Assembly (NCBI GenBank): GCA_963747505.1
Contig: CAVVFD010000001.1
Location: 1,036,098-1,100,097, forward strand
Length of the DNA stretch: 64,000 nt
Direction: 5' to 3'
DNA from: an uncultured Actinomycetota bacterium
GTDB taxonomy: Bacteria > Actinomycetota > Actinomycetes > Propionibacteriales > Propionibacteriaceae
Each line of letters opens with the position of its first letter. Positions within the stretch are counted from its first letter, which is position 1. The position numbers were made by a program, and so were the translations under genes. The notes under the pieces were generated by a model. It ran no database searches and was not told the origin of the DNA. It worked only from the letters and a program-made list of their open reading frames with translations. Positions 19,162-29,261 of this stretch are shown one piece after another.

Positions 19162-21242
19162 CAGGCGTCGATCCTGTCCGACTCGAACGAGTAGGCGCCC
19201 TGCACGATGAACTGCTTGCGCGGGGCGACGTCGTTGCCCATCAACATCTCGAACACGCACTCAGCGTTTGCACCGTCGTCCACCGTCAGGCGACGAAGCG
19301 TGCGGTGACGCGGGCTCATCGTGGTTTCCGCCAGTTGGTGGGCGTCCATCTCGCCCAGCCCCTTGTAGCGTTGGGGCTCCTTGAAGGCCTGCCCCTTCTT
19401 TGCGAACTCGGCCAGTCTGCGCTGGTACTCGGCGTCCGTGTAGGTGTACACGTACTTGTCGTAGCCGCGTTTCGGCTTGATCAGCTCAAAGCGGTGGAGG
19501 GGTGGCACGGCCGAATAGACCTTGCCCGCCTCCACCAGGGGGCGCATGTACCGGAAGAAGAGCGTGGCGAGCAGGCATCGGATGTGGGCGCCGTCGGAAT
19601 CGGCATCGGCCATGAAGATGATCTTGCCGTAGCGCGCGGCATCCAGGTCGAACGTCCGGCCCGACCCTGCTCCGATCACTTGGATGATGGAGGCGCACTC
19701 AGCATTCTTCAGCATGTCCCCCACCGACGCCTTCTGGACGTTGAGGATCTTGCCGCGGATGGGCAGCAGCGCCTGGAACTCGGAGTTGCGGGCAACATTG
19801 GCCGTGCCCAGTGCGGAGTCGCCCTCGACGATGAAGAGTTCCGTGCGATCGCCGTCCGTACTGCGACAGTCTTTGAGCTTGGGCGGCAGGGCGGAGGATT
19901 CCAGGGCCGTCTTGCGCCGCTGGTTGTCGCGGTGTGCTCGCGCCTGAACGCGGTTCCGCGCCGCCGAAACCACCTTTTCCATCAACGTCCGGGCCATGGC
20001 TTTCCTGGAGTTCTTGCTGTTCGTCAGGAACTCCGACAACTCCGCCTCCACGATGCGCGCCACCAGTCGCTGCACCGGCGGTGTGCCCAGGACCTCTTTG
20101 GTCTGGCCCTCAAACTGGGGCTCGGCGAGACGCACGGTCACCACAGCAGTCAGGCCCTCCAGGCAGTCGTCCTTCAGCACCTCCTCGCCACTCTTCAGGA
20201 GTCGCGTCCCCTCCAGGGATTTCACAAAGGCTCGTGTGAGGCCCCGCTCGAACCCCTGCAGGTGGGTGCCGCCCTTGGGCGTGGCGATGATGTTCACGAA
20301 GGACTTCACCGACGTGTCGTATCCCGTGCCCCACCGCACGGCGATGTCCACGTCAAGGGTTCGATCCACGTCCGTGGCAGTCATGGCGCCGCTGGTATCC
20401 AGCATCGGGACCGTCTCGGTGAAGCTGTCCTGGCCCTGGAGGCGCAGCACGTCGGTGAGTGGAGCATCCGGTGCCAGGTAATCGGCAAACTCCGTGATGC
20501 CCCCCTCATGGAGGAACGACTCGGTGGCCGGCTCCCCTGCCCGCGCGTCAGTCACATTGAGGGTGAGTCCGGGGACCAGGAAGGAGGTCTGACGGGCCCG
20601 GTCCTGGAGGTGGGACAGCGACAGCCCGGCGTCGGCCAGGAAGATCTGCTTGTCCGTCCAGTACTGGACGCGGGTGCCATTCCTTGCCTTGGGGACGCGG
20701 CCCAGCTTCCGGAGTCCGGACTGCGGTGTGAAGGGCGCGTCCGGGCCGTCGCCGTCGAAGATGCCGGGCACACCGCGCCGGAAACTCATGGCCCATGTGG
20801 CGCTGTTGCGATCCACCTCCACGTCCAGTCTGGAGCTCAGCGCATTCACCACGGAGGCGCCAACGCCGTGGAGCCCGCCGGTTGCGTTGTAGGACGAGTT
20901 GCCGAACTTCCCTCCAGCGTGGAGCCTCGTGTAGACCACCTCCACCCCACTGAGCCCGGTGCGCGGCTCCGTGTCCACGGGGATGCCCCGGGCCCGGTCC
21001 TTCACGGTCACCGAGCCGTCGGCACCCAGCGTGATGTCGATTGCATCGCCGAAACCGGCGAGCGCCTCGTCCACGGAATTGTCAATGATTTCCCAGAGGC
21101 AGTGCATGAGCCCTCGCGTATCGGTGGAGCCGATGTACATCGCGGGGCGCTTGCGCACTGCCTCCAGTCCTTCAAGGACGAGGAGGTTCTTCGCCTCATA
21201 GTCCCGCGGGGCGTGGGCGACGTTCTTGGATCCGGTAGACAC
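19161..21242 (-). CDS. parE: DNA topoisomerase IV subunit B (GyrB/ParE family)
   Basis: LEGLEAVRKRPAMYIGST, GLHGVGASVVNALS, the Toprim motif ELFIVEGDSALG, and IMADADSDGAHI. Start provisionally GTG 21242; the track ORF begins at 21344. Confidence 0.85.
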   Translation of the reverse strand: MSTGSKNVAHAPRDYEAKNLLVLEGLEAVRKRPAMYIGSTDTRGLMHCLWEIIDNSVDEALAGFGDAIDITLGADGSVTVKDRARGIPVDTEPRTGLSGVEVVYTRLHAGGKFGNSSYNATGGLHGVGASVVNALSSRLDVEVDRNSATWAMSFRRGVPGIFDGDGPDAPFTPQSGLRKLGRVPKARNGTRVQYWTDKQIFLADAGLSLSHLQDRARQTSFLVPGLTLNVTDARAGEPATESFLHEGGITEFADYLAPDAPLTDVLRLQGQDSFTETVPMLDTSGAMTATDVDRTLDVDIAVRWGTGYDTSVKSFVNIIATPKGGTHLQGFERGLTRAFVKSLEGTRLLKSGEEVLKDDCLEGLTAVVTVRLAEPQFEGQTKEVLGTPPVQRLVARIVEAELSEFLTNSKNSRKAMARTLMEKVVSAARNRVQARAHRDNQRRKTALESSALPPKLKDCRSTDGDRTELFIVEGDSALGTANVARNSEFQALLPIRGKILNVQKASVGDMLKNAECASIIQVIGAGSGRTFDLDAARYGKIIFMADADSDGAHIRCLLATLFFRYMRPLVEAGKVYSAVPPLHRFELIKPKRGYDKYVYTYTDAEYQRRLAEFAKKGQAFKEPQRYKGLGEMDAHQLAETTMSPRHRTLRRLTVDDGANAECVFEMLMGNDVAPRKQFIVQGAYSFESDRIDA

Positions 21243-21296
21243 AGGGGCCAGCGTAGCCAGACACTCTGACAATGGCCTCACGCACGCGCTGGGGGC

Positions 21297-21330
21297 ATGA
21301 AAAGAGGGGCCCACTGGTGTGGGCCCCTCT
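21297..21330 (-). terminator. Intrinsic terminator after the small zinc-ribbon gene
   Basis: On the minus strand: AGAGGGGCCCAC-acca-GTGGGCCCCTCT (12-bp stem), immediately followed by TTTCA. Confidence 0.7.
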
Positions 21331-21348
21331 TCCCTCAGATGCACTCGG

Positions 21349-21546
21349 TCAGGAGTGCAACCTGCTTGTCTCGTCCTGAATCCTCTCGGCCACCTGCGCC
21401 AGTTTCTCGCGGTGTGCCGTGGCGTGGTGAGCGCAGAACATCAACTCCCCACCGCCGCGCAGGATCACTCTCATGTAGGCCTGGGCACCGCACCGGTCGC
21501 AGCGGTCCCGGGCGGTCAGTGTGGGATCGACAGCCGTCTCAGTCAT
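21349..21546 (-). CDS. Small conserved Cys4 protein (DUF7455-type)
   Basis: MTETAVDPTLTARDRCDRCGAQAYMRVILRGGGELMFCAHHATAHREKL; 65 aa, a widely conserved actinobacterial small protein. Confidence 0.7.
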   Translation of the reverse strand: MTETAVDPTLTARDRCDRCGAQAYMRVILRGGGELMFCAHHATAHREKLAQVAERIQDETSRLHS

Positions 21547-22486
21547 GCTCGCCTCGCTCTCGTTGGTCTTCGAAGGCTACAACGTGCGAGCGTCGCTGTT
21601 TGTTCCCGCCGTCGAGTCGTTGTCCTTTCGTTATCTGGGGACCTGGTCTCTGCAGGGTGCCCGCCAGCCATGACTCGATCAGCTGCCGGCCGATGGAACC
21701 GTGCCCGGGCAGTGCGATCTCCTCGGTGTGCACGGCGCGGCGAGCCTCGTCACGGGTCCAGAACCGACCCCAGGCGATCTCCTCGCCATCGGGCTGGACC
21801 GCTTTCTGTGCAGTGGCGGCCACGAAACCGAGCATCAACGATCTGGGCGTCGGCCACGGCTGGGATGAGACGTAGTGCACGGCCTCGAGCGTGACGCCCA
21901 CCTCTTCGGCAACCTCGCGCCAACACGCCTGCTCCAGGGACTCCCCCGCCTCGACGAAGCCTGCGATGACGGAGACCCTGTTCGGGGGCCACGCGCGTTG
22001 GGATGCCAGCAGCAGGCGATCCTCGGGATCGAGTACCGCGACGATGACGGCCGGATCGTGGCGCGGAAACAGCAGCAGATCACAGCTGTCGCAGACCCGC
22101 CGGACGCCCCCACCCTGGGAGTGTGTGGACCCTCCACACCGCTCACAATGGGGGGTCATGGCATGCCACCTCACCAAGGCCACCGCCGCGGCCACGGGCT
22201 CCTGCCACTGGGGGTCAACGTCCCGCCACGTCGCCCGCCCGTGTGGGGCCAGCGAGGCGACCCGGCGGGCAAACCATGGCCTGTCCTGGAAGGTGCCGAG
22301 CAAAATGTCCTCCTCCTGTCGGGCTCCTCGGGCTTCCAGGCGCGAGGGGACACCCCCCTCAGCGGCAAAGCGTCCCGCGTCATCCACCTCCAGCACGAAG
22401 GCATCCCGCCATGCCGCGTCGAGTTCCCTGACATTGCGCTGTCCCATGTCCCGATCGAGTCCGGACTTGCCGATCCAGTCGTTCAC
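21539..22486 (-). CDS. nudC: NAD+ diphosphatase NudC (Nudix)
   Basis: Zinc ribbon CERCGG...CDSC, then a Nudix box GFVEAGESLEQACWREVAEEVGV. GTG 22486 overlaps the adnB stop as GTGA; the alternative start is ATG 22447. Confidence 0.8.
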   Translation of the reverse strand: MNDWIGKSGLDRDMGQRNVRELDAAWRDAFVLEVDDAGRFAAEGGVPSRLEARGARQEEDILLGTFQDRPWFARRVASLAPHGRATWRDVDPQWQEPVAAAVALVRWHAMTPHCERCGGSTHSQGGGVRRVCDSCDLLLFPRHDPAVIVAVLDPEDRLLLASQRAWPPNRVSVIAGFVEAGESLEQACWREVAEEVGVTLEAVHYVSSQPWPTPRSLMLGFVAATAQKAVQPDGEEIAWGRFWTRDEARRAVHTEEIALPGHGSIGRQLIESWLAGTLQRPGPQITKGQRLDGGNKQRRSHVVAFEDQRERGEHD

Positions 22487-25400
22487 CCTGTCTCCTCCGC
22501 AACCGCGAGGGCCTCCCTGATCAAGGAGGCCGGGGCATCGACGATGCTGAGACGGTCTGTCAGCACATGGTAGAACGCCGCCCCCACACGGCTCTCGTCG
22601 AGGCCGTGGGCCTGCGCCCAGGCCTGTCGGTACACGGCCAGTTGCAGAGGATCGGCTGGCTGGTTGGACGTCTTCCAGTCCACCACCAGATGGTCCAGTC
22701 CGTCGGCATCCCACGCGTAGACGGCATCGATGCGCCCCCTGAGCACCTGATTCTCCCACTTCAGCAGGAATGGCACCTCCACACCGGTTGGCGTCCTTCC
22801 ACTGAACTGGCCAGCCTCAAAGGCCTGGATGAGCGCCGCCAAACCTGGGGGTGGCGGCCCCTGAAGCGCCTCCAGTTCCTCGAAGGCGGCAGTCGCGTCG
22901 AAGCGGTGCTGCACCCATTCGTGGAATCGGGATCCGAGGCTGGCTGCCGCCGAGGGGCGGCGGGGCATTCGGCGCAGGAGTTGCTGTGCGAATTCCTGTG
23001 GATCCGAGCGCAGAGCCATGAGCGCCGTCGCGGACAGCCCGTCGGGCAGTGCGACGCTGCGTGCCCGTCGCCGCGCGTGCTGGTGGGACAGCAGCGCCGC
23101 GTCCTCATCCCACCCAGCCAGGAGCGCGGCATCGGCGGGCCCCGCGGTCCCCGACTGCCACACCCAGTCGTCCAGGTCATCCGGGGACGCCCCTGCAGAG
23201 AGCAGCGTCGCTGCCTCCGCCACGAGGTCGGCCGCCGCTCGTCGCTCGGCAATCACGGCCGGGTCAAGGCGCAACGGCCAGCGAGCGATCGCATCGGTGG
23301 TTGGCATGGGATTGGTCTCGGGAATCGACGGGATGCCCGCCGCCCTCCCCCCGGCCGCCTGGATCGTTGAGAAGTAGACCGATGGTTCCCGCTGCTTCTT
23401 CAACCCGGCTGGCCATGCGTGGGTACTCGCGACGAGCAGTTGCTTCGCGCGGGTGACGGCGACGTAGGCGAGCCGGTCCTCCGCCGCCCGGTGGTCCGCT
23501 CTGGTTGCGGTCCTGAACTGATCGATGCCCTTCTTGTCGTACTCGCCCAATTGCGGGATTCCCGGGGCATCACCCCGCAGAGGTGAGGGCAACAGGGCCG
23601 CCCTCGTCGGCCAGATCCCGCCGCGTGGGGTCGCCGGAAAGTAGCCGTCTCCCAGCGACGGGAGGAACACCGTGTGCCACTCCAGGCCCTTGGCCCGGTG
23701 GATGGTCAGCAACTTCACCGAGTCCTCGTCGCTGGGAACCGCCTGTTCGAGGCCGACGCCGTGCTCATCCTCCGCGTCCAGCCAGGCGAGCAGCCCCGCC
23801 AGACTCCCGTCTCCGTCCACGTCGACGTAGTCACTGATCGCGCCGATGAATCGGGCGAGTTGGGAGACGTCGCTGCCCCGACGCGCGAGCAGCTCCACCT
23901 CGAGCCCGAGGGTCTGGACCACACGCCTGACGAGATCCACGACAGGCTCCTGGGCGTGACGTCTCAGTTCCGAAAGTTCCGCGCTGAACACGGCGAGTCT
24001 CGAGCGTCCTTCCCGGCTGATCCCCCCGTTCCCGGGGTCGTTGACAGCTTCAAGGAGCGACACCATCTCGGCAGGGTCTGCTTCCAGCACCACTTCGGCG
24101 AGCTGCGCCGAGAGCGCATCCGGGGCAGGAGCAGTGTTTCTGACTCCGGCCAATTCCCGAGCCCGGGCGCCCAGCGCCTCCAGATCCGCGAGTCCCAACC
24201 GCCACCGGGGCCCGGACAGCAGGGAGGCGACGTCAGGGTTGGCGGCGACATCGTCGAGAACCCTCAGTGTGGCCACCACCGGTGCCACCTCCGGAAGGTG
24301 CAACAGCCCGCCGAGGCCCACGATTTCCGTGGGGATGTCGCGGTCCCGGAACACCTCGAAAATCTCCCCGAGAGTCCTGTTCCGCCGCACCAGCACCGCA
24401 ATGTCTGGCCAGGGGGTTCCGGCGGCCCGCTGCCGCGTCACCTCTTCGGCCAACCACTCGAACTCCTCGGCCTGGGTTCCGCAGCGCATCGCCGTCACAC
24501 AACCCGACGGCGCCCCTTCGGGCGGGACGAGCGCCGACCGGACGCCGCCATCAAGGTCTGCCGCGATGGCGTTTCCGGCGTCAAGAATCCTCCGGCCACT
24601 GCGACGGTTGATGCGCAGGCTCAGGCGCGGGGCGTCGCCGCCATCGGCCAGCGGGAACAGCGTGGGGAAATCCAGGATGTTGTTGGCTGCCGCCCCGCGC
24701 CAGCCGTAGATGGCCTGGTGCGGGTCTCCCACGGCGGTCACGGGGAACCCGCGACCGGTGCCCGGAGCATCGCCCGAGAAGAGCTTTCGCAGCAGGATGG
24801 CCTGGGCGGCCGAAGTGTCCTGGTACTCGTCGAGCAGAACCACCTTGAACCGGGCTCGCAAGGCCGCCCCCACAGTCGGGGCCGATTGGACGAGTTGCAC
24901 GGCGCGTCGCAGCTGGTCCGCGTACTCCACGAGACCGAGGCCCGCCTTGATGTCCTGGTAGTCCGACACCAGACCCAGGAGCTCGTCGCGCTCGTCCAGG
25001 GCTGCAAGGCTCTCCGCAATCGCCGCAAGGTGTTTCCCCCGCCACAGCGGTGCGGCTTCGAAACGGGTACGTGCCTGCCGTCCGAACTCCCGGACGTCGG
25101 CGGTGTCCACGAGGTGCGAGGCCATCTGTGCATCGAGCTCCAGCACGCGTTCAGGGATGCTGGCGTGGCTGAGGCGACTGATGCTTGTGAACGGTCCGGC
25201 GGCCGCCGCCACCGCACGCGCCGCGAGACGGAAGCGGGAGGCACCCGTCAGCATCACGGGATCATTGTCGAGACCGATGCGCAGCCCGAACTCCGAGACC
25301 AGGCGCGCCGCGAAAGAATCGTAGGTGAGGATCAACTCCGCTCCCTCGCTGTCGTCCCGAGTGAGCACTCCCGCTTTCTGCAGCGCCCCCGACACACGGC

Positions 25401-25626
25401 CCGCCAGCTCGGCCGCAGCCTTGCGGGTGAAGGTGAGACCCAGGACTTCTTCGGGCCGGACCTGACCGGTCCCCACCAGCCACACCACCCGGGCGGCCAT
25501 GACGGTGGTCTTGCCCGTGCCTGCCCCAGCGATGATCACGGCCGGGGAGAGCGGCGCGGTGATGGCGTCGAGTTGCTCCTCGGAGAAGGGCACGTCCAGC
25601 ATGCGGCACAGCTCTTCGCGGTGCAT
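22483..25626 (-). CDS. adnB: AdnB-like UvrD-family helicase with C-terminal RecB-type nuclease
   Basis: Walker A IIAGAGTGKTT, DEYQDTS, and a C-terminal nuclease motif IDAVYAW...LVVDWKT. About 1047 aa from ATG 25626; alternative GTG 25638 overlaps the adnA stop. Confidence 0.8.
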   Translation of the reverse strand: MHREELCRMLDVPFSEEQLDAITAPLSPAVIIAGAGTGKTTVMAARVVWLVGTGQVRPEEVLGLTFTRKAAAELAGRVSGALQKAGVLTRDDSEGAELILTYDSFAARLVSEFGLRIGLDNDPVMLTGASRFRLAARAVAAAAGPFTSISRLSHASIPERVLELDAQMASHLVDTADVREFGRQARTRFEAAPLWRGKHLAAIAESLAALDERDELLGLVSDYQDIKAGLGLVEYADQLRRAVQLVQSAPTVGAALRARFKVVLLDEYQDTSAAQAILLRKLFSGDAPGTGRGFPVTAVGDPHQAIYGWRGAAANNILDFPTLFPLADGGDAPRLSLRINRRSGRRILDAGNAIAADLDGGVRSALVPPEGAPSGCVTAMRCGTQAEEFEWLAEEVTRQRAAGTPWPDIAVLVRRNRTLGEIFEVFRDRDIPTEIVGLGGLLHLPEVAPVVATLRVLDDVAANPDVASLLSGPRWRLGLADLEALGARARELAGVRNTAPAPDALSAQLAEVVLEADPAEMVSLLEAVNDPGNGGISREGRSRLAVFSAELSELRRHAQEPVVDLVRRVVQTLGLEVELLARRGSDVSQLARFIGAISDYVDVDGDGSLAGLLAWLDAEDEHGVGLEQAVPSDEDSVKLLTIHRAKGLEWHTVFLPSLGDGYFPATPRGGIWPTRAALLPSPLRGDAPGIPQLGEYDKKGIDQFRTATRADHRAAEDRLAYVAVTRAKQLLVASTHAWPAGLKKQREPSVYFSTIQAAGGRAAGIPSIPETNPMPTTDAIARWPLRLDPAVIAERRAAADLVAEAATLLSAGASPDDLDDWVWQSGTAGPADAALLAGWDEDAALLSHQHARRRARSVALPDGLSATALMALRSDPQEFAQQLLRRMPRRPSAAASLGSRFHEWVQHRFDATAAFEELEALQGPPPPGLAALIQAFEAGQFSGRTPTGVEVPFLLKWENQVLRGRIDAVYAWDADGLDHLVVDWKTSNQPADPLQLAVYRQAWAQAHGLDESRVGAAFYHVLTDRLSIVDAPASLIREALAVAEETG

Positions 25627-25634
25627 GAACCCAC

Positions 25635-28600
25635 TCACTGCCCCACCTCCGGGCCCCTCGCATGAAGCGCCGGGCACGAATCCGCGAACTGGCAGTAGCG
25701 ACACATCGTGCACTGCCGCGCGTCGTACTCCCCCGAATCAATGATCGTGACCGCTTCCGCGAGCTTGTCATGCACCCACGTGGGTCCCACCGTCAGCTCA
25801 CCAGCGCCGGCGGGAACGTCATCCAGGGAGGCCTGTTCCCTGACCAGAGGCAGCCCTTCCCCGTACCGAAGGAACAGCAGCGACGGCGGGGCCACCTCAC
25901 GGATGCCCGGCGCGAGATGTTCGAAGGCACCCGCCTGCGCAGCGAGCTGATAGACCCCCAACTGCTCGAACTCCGCCATGTCACGCTGTTCGGGCACGAA
26001 CCTCCCTGTCTTGATGTCCACCACCTTGAGGCGCCCGTGTGCAAGTTCCAGTCTGTCCACGGTTCCCCTCAACTCCACATTCCTGCCGGCGATGTCCACG
26101 GTGATCCGGAACGGCTCCTCGACGGCAAGGAGCTCGTGCGAGTTGCTCTGCTGCCACGCGAAGAACCTCTCCAGCGCGGCCTCCATCGCCACCCTCTCCG
26201 TGGCCGACAGCCACTCCGCCTCGAACGGCACCTTGTGCCAGACCGCGGCCAGTTCCTCCAGGGCCTGGTCCAGGGACAACCCGTCGCTGGCGGCGCGCTG
26301 GGCGAGCAGGTGGACGACGTCCCCGAGCGAGGCCCGCGACGCACGCATCCTTTCGGCTCCCACTCGAGATGACAGGAACCAGTGGCGGGGGCATGCGAGA
26401 AGAGCAGCCAGCCGGGAGCCGGAGATTGAGATGGTCTCCCTTCGCCCCGCCGTGTCCGACGAAGGCTCACGCAGACCCCACCAGGTGCTGGGGTCGGCCG
26501 CAGCGAACGCCCTGCTGCCGTCGGCATCCTCGATACCCGACAATCGTGCGAGGCGCAGCGCCGCCGCCCGCTTCAGGGCTTCGGTCTGCGTGGTGTCGCT
26601 CGCCACGTGTCGCAGGTCAGCGACGAGCGAGGCCGCTGTCAGCCGCTGCCGGGGACGCCCGAACACCCTCTCCGGTTCGATTCCCAGCTCATGCAGGAAT
26701 CGGGAGGGGCGCCCCGATTCACCCTCCACCCCCTGACCCGCGCTCACGTGGAGTTCTTCGACGGCCCGGCTGCAGGCCACATGGAACAGGCGTCGCTCAT
26801 CCGCCAGCTGGCCGGCAACCCCTGAGCTGGCGTCGGCTGCGGACAGCGTGCTCGGATCGAGCAGGAGACCTCGTCGTGCCACTTGCGGCCAGCGTCCCTC
26901 CGACACTCCCACCACCCACACCCTCCGCCACTCCTGCCCCTTGGAGCGGTGCGCGGTCAACAGCCGCACGCCCTGACCCACGAGGTCCAGTTCACGTCCG
27001 GTGTCGGCTGGAATGTCCTGTCCTGCAATCTCCCCGGCGAAGGTCAGGGCTCCCGCCCTGCCTGCCAGATCCTCACGACGTCCTGCGAGGTCGAACAGCT
27101 CCACGATGGAGTCGAGATCGTGGTTCGCCCGCCGGGATCCCCCCAGGGCGGCCCTGCGCAGCCGGGCCGGCCATTGTGTGCCGTCCCAGAGGACCCAGAG
27201 CGCCTCCTGTACCGGCCGCCCCTCGTCCAGCACCTCAGCTGCGCCCTGCAGCAGGCGGCCGAGGCCACGGGCAGCCACTGCCTCGTGAGTGTCGATGCCC
27301 TGGAGGAGTTCCCGGTGGGACAGGCACTGGCCCACCAGAAGAGAGGAATGTCCCAGATCCGGGTGCGCCACGCGAAGCGCTCGGCCCAGTCGACGGGAAC
27401 CGATGCTGTCCATCCCGCACAACGGTGAGGTGAGGAGTCTGTGCGCCTGGTCGGAGTCCGGGCACCCTCCCCCGGCCGCCACGGCCAGGGCGAGCAGCAA
27501 CACCCGTACCGCCATCTGTCCGGCGAGTGGGACCTCGTCGCCGCCCACCTCCACGGGCACTCCGAAGCGGTTCAGTTCGCGCGCAAGAACCGGCAACTGT
27601 GCCCGCCCGGAGCGCACGACGACGGCGAGCTCCGACCACTGGAGATGATCCCGCAGCACGGCCTGTCTCAGCTGCTGGGCCACGTGAGCCAGTTCTGTCG
27701 GCTCATCGTCATAGATCCTGGCCGTCACCAGTCCGTCGACGGGCGGCGCAGGAGTGGGTCTGACCGGCGCCCCCCTCGCATCGAGCCGCGACGCAAGCAC
27801 GCCCAGTGCAGTGCCCACGGCTGCTCCGTTGCGGAATCCCTCCGCCAGCTGGACCCGCGTCGCACCCGGCACGTCGGACAGCACCGCAAGGGCATCACCG
27901 GTGGCTCCACGGAACGAGTTCGTTCGTTGTTGTGGATCGGCGAAGGCCGTGACGGGGAGACCGATGTGTGCGAGGTCTGCGAGCAGCCGTGCCTGTGCCG
28001 GATCCACGTCCTGGACGTCATCCGCGATGACAGCGTCGAAGCGGGACACCACGCTGCGCTGGACGTCGGTGGCTGTCAACAGCACCCGGGTTCGATGCAC
28101 AAGTTCTGCGTAGTCGAGGGTCTCCTCGAAGTCAGTCACGCTCAGGTACTGCTCGAAGAATCGTGCTGCCGCAGCCATCAACGGCTCCCCCCGCTCCGAC
28201 GCCATGCGCTCCATCTCGTCCGGATCCAGGCCGTAGTGACGCGCGCGGGAGAGCCATTCACGCATCTGGCTCGCGAAGGCTCTCGTGGGGACAGCCGCCC
28301 GTGCATCCTGGGGCCAGAATTCAGTGGGGAGTCCGGCGATCAGTTCCCTGATCCTGAACTCCTGCTCAGGAGCACGCAGCAACCGCAGGTCCTGTCCCCG
28401 CCCGCCCATGTCCCGGAGGAGTCCCAGACTGAAACCGTGCATGGTGGTCACGCGCGGGGACACCTGCGCCCGATCCACGCGCCGCGCAATCTCCCTGCGG
28501 ATCACCTGGGCTGCTGAGCGGGAAGAGGACAGGACAACCAGGCGATCGAGGGAGCCACCGGCTGCAAGGCGTGCCACGACGGACTCGACGAGGACGAGAG

Positions 28601-28778
28601 TCTTGCCGGTACCCGGCCCCCCGAGAACCAGCCGGACACCCGGTGCCGGGGTGGCGACAGCCCGTTGTTGCGCAGACAACTCCGGGGGGTCGGAGTGCAG
28701 TTGGCGCCGGAGTTGCCAACGCGGTGGGCTCGTCGTGTTCACGCCCCCAATGCAAGCAGCCAGCGCCGACAGTTGCAT
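25635..28778 (-). CDS. adnA: AdnA-like helicase-nuclease subunit
   Basis: LVLGGPGTGKTLV, the nuclease motif GTVDRLE...LKVVDIKTG, and a C-terminal Cys cluster CTMCRYCQFADSC. The track ORF (1300 aa) runs across cspA; start re-set to ATG 28778 (alternative GTG 28742), giving about 1047 aa. Confidence 0.8.
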   Translation of the reverse strand: MQLSALAACIGGVNTTSPPRWQLRRQLHSDPPELSAQQRAVATPAPGVRLVLGGPGTGKTLVLVESVVARLAAGGSLDRLVVLSSSRSAAQVIRREIARRVDRAQVSPRVTTMHGFSLGLLRDMGGRGQDLRLLRAPEQEFRIRELIAGLPTEFWPQDARAAVPTRAFASQMREWLSRARHYGLDPDEMERMASERGEPLMAAAARFFEQYLSVTDFEETLDYAELVHRTRVLLTATDVQRSVVSRFDAVIADDVQDVDPAQARLLADLAHIGLPVTAFADPQQRTNSFRGATGDALAVLSDVPGATRVQLAEGFRNGAAVGTALGVLASRLDARGAPVRPTPAPPVDGLVTARIYDDEPTELAHVAQQLRQAVLRDHLQWSELAVVVRSGRAQLPVLARELNRFGVPVEVGGDEVPLAGQMAVRVLLLALAVAAGGGCPDSDQAHRLLTSPLCGMDSIGSRRLGRALRVAHPDLGHSSLLVGQCLSHRELLQGIDTHEAVAARGLGRLLQGAAEVLDEGRPVQEALWVLWDGTQWPARLRRAALGGSRRANHDLDSIVELFDLAGRREDLAGRAGALTFAGEIAGQDIPADTGRELDLVGQGVRLLTAHRSKGQEWRRVWVVGVSEGRWPQVARRGLLLDPSTLSAADASSGVAGQLADERRLFHVACSRAVEELHVSAGQGVEGESGRPSRFLHELGIEPERVFGRPRQRLTAASLVADLRHVASDTTQTEALKRAAALRLARLSGIEDADGSRAFAAADPSTWWGLREPSSDTAGRRETISISGSRLAALLACPRHWFLSSRVGAERMRASRASLGDVVHLLAQRAASDGLSLDQALEELAAVWHKVPFEAEWLSATERVAMEAALERFFAWQQSNSHELLAVEEPFRITVDIAGRNVELRGTVDRLELAHGRLKVVDIKTGRFVPEQRDMAEFEQLGVYQLAAQAGAFEHLAPGIREVAPPSLLFLRYGEGLPLVREQASLDDVPAGAGELTVGPTWVHDKLAEAVTIIDSGEYDARQCTMCRYCQFADSCPALHARGPEVGQ

Positions 28779-28961
28779 CTCGCAACGGTCCAAATCGAGT
28801 TCTCGTGTGCATTTGACCCTTGCTTTGTGCGAGAGTTGCAGTATCGCCAGCAAGCGGCGGTCGCACAACCTAGGTGTTGACCGGTTCTTGGTTCCCCGTT
28901 CCGACGGGTGGCGAGCCCGCTTCGCGAGGTGCGTTGGGGAGTTGCAAGAGGAGAAGTAGTA

Positions 28962-29168
28962 ATGGCACAGGGAACCGTCAAGTGGTTCAACGCCGAAAAG
29001 GGTTACGGTTTCATCGCCGTGGACGGCGGCGAAAGTGAAGACGTATTCGTGCACTGGAAGTCCATCGACTCCAGTGGTTTCCGTTCGTTGGAAGAGAACC
29101 AGCGCGTGGAATTCGACATCGTTCAGGGCCAGAAGGGCATGCAGGCGGACCACGTCCGTCCCATCTGA
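28962..29168 (+). CDS. cspA: Cold-shock protein CspA family
   Basis: [20 protein letters not shown]...VFVHWKSI (RNP1/RNP2 motifs). ATG 28962 is preceded by GAGGAGAAG. Confidence 0.93.
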   Translation: MAQGTVKWFNAEKGYGFIAVDGGESEDVFVHWKSIDSSGFRSLEENQRVEFDIVQGQKGMQADHVRPI

Positions 29169-29189
29169 GTGACCAACAACTAGTCGCAG

Positions 29190-29226
29190 CAGGGGGTCCG
29201 GTACGCTGGGCCCCCTGTTGCATTCC
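29190..29226 (+). terminator. Terminator-like hairpin after cspA
   Basis: CAGGGGGTCC-ggtacgct-GGGCCCCCTG is a 10-bp stem with one G-U pair. It is followed by TTGCATTCC, a weak U-tract. Confidence 0.5.
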
Positions 29227-29261
29227 CGCATGCTTTCGGCCACCGGCCAGAAGGACCACAG

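Noticed and set aside
19305-21269. 654-aa plus-strand ORF. Similar long ORFs occur at 23674..25665(+), 25662..26372(+), 30479..31549(-), 39606..40355(+), 62740..63963(+) and 10940..11938(+).
   Set aside because: All lie antisense to, or out of frame with, strongly motif-supported genes (parE, adnB, adnA, rhlE, secA, aceE, GT4). Their low-complexity R/G/P/H/V composition is typical of non-coding frames in high-GC DNA.
28813-28844. Attempted -35/-10 call for cspA (TTGACC ... CAGTAT)
   Set aside because: The spacer is 20 nt, too long for a confident sigma-70-type promoter, so it is left unannotated.
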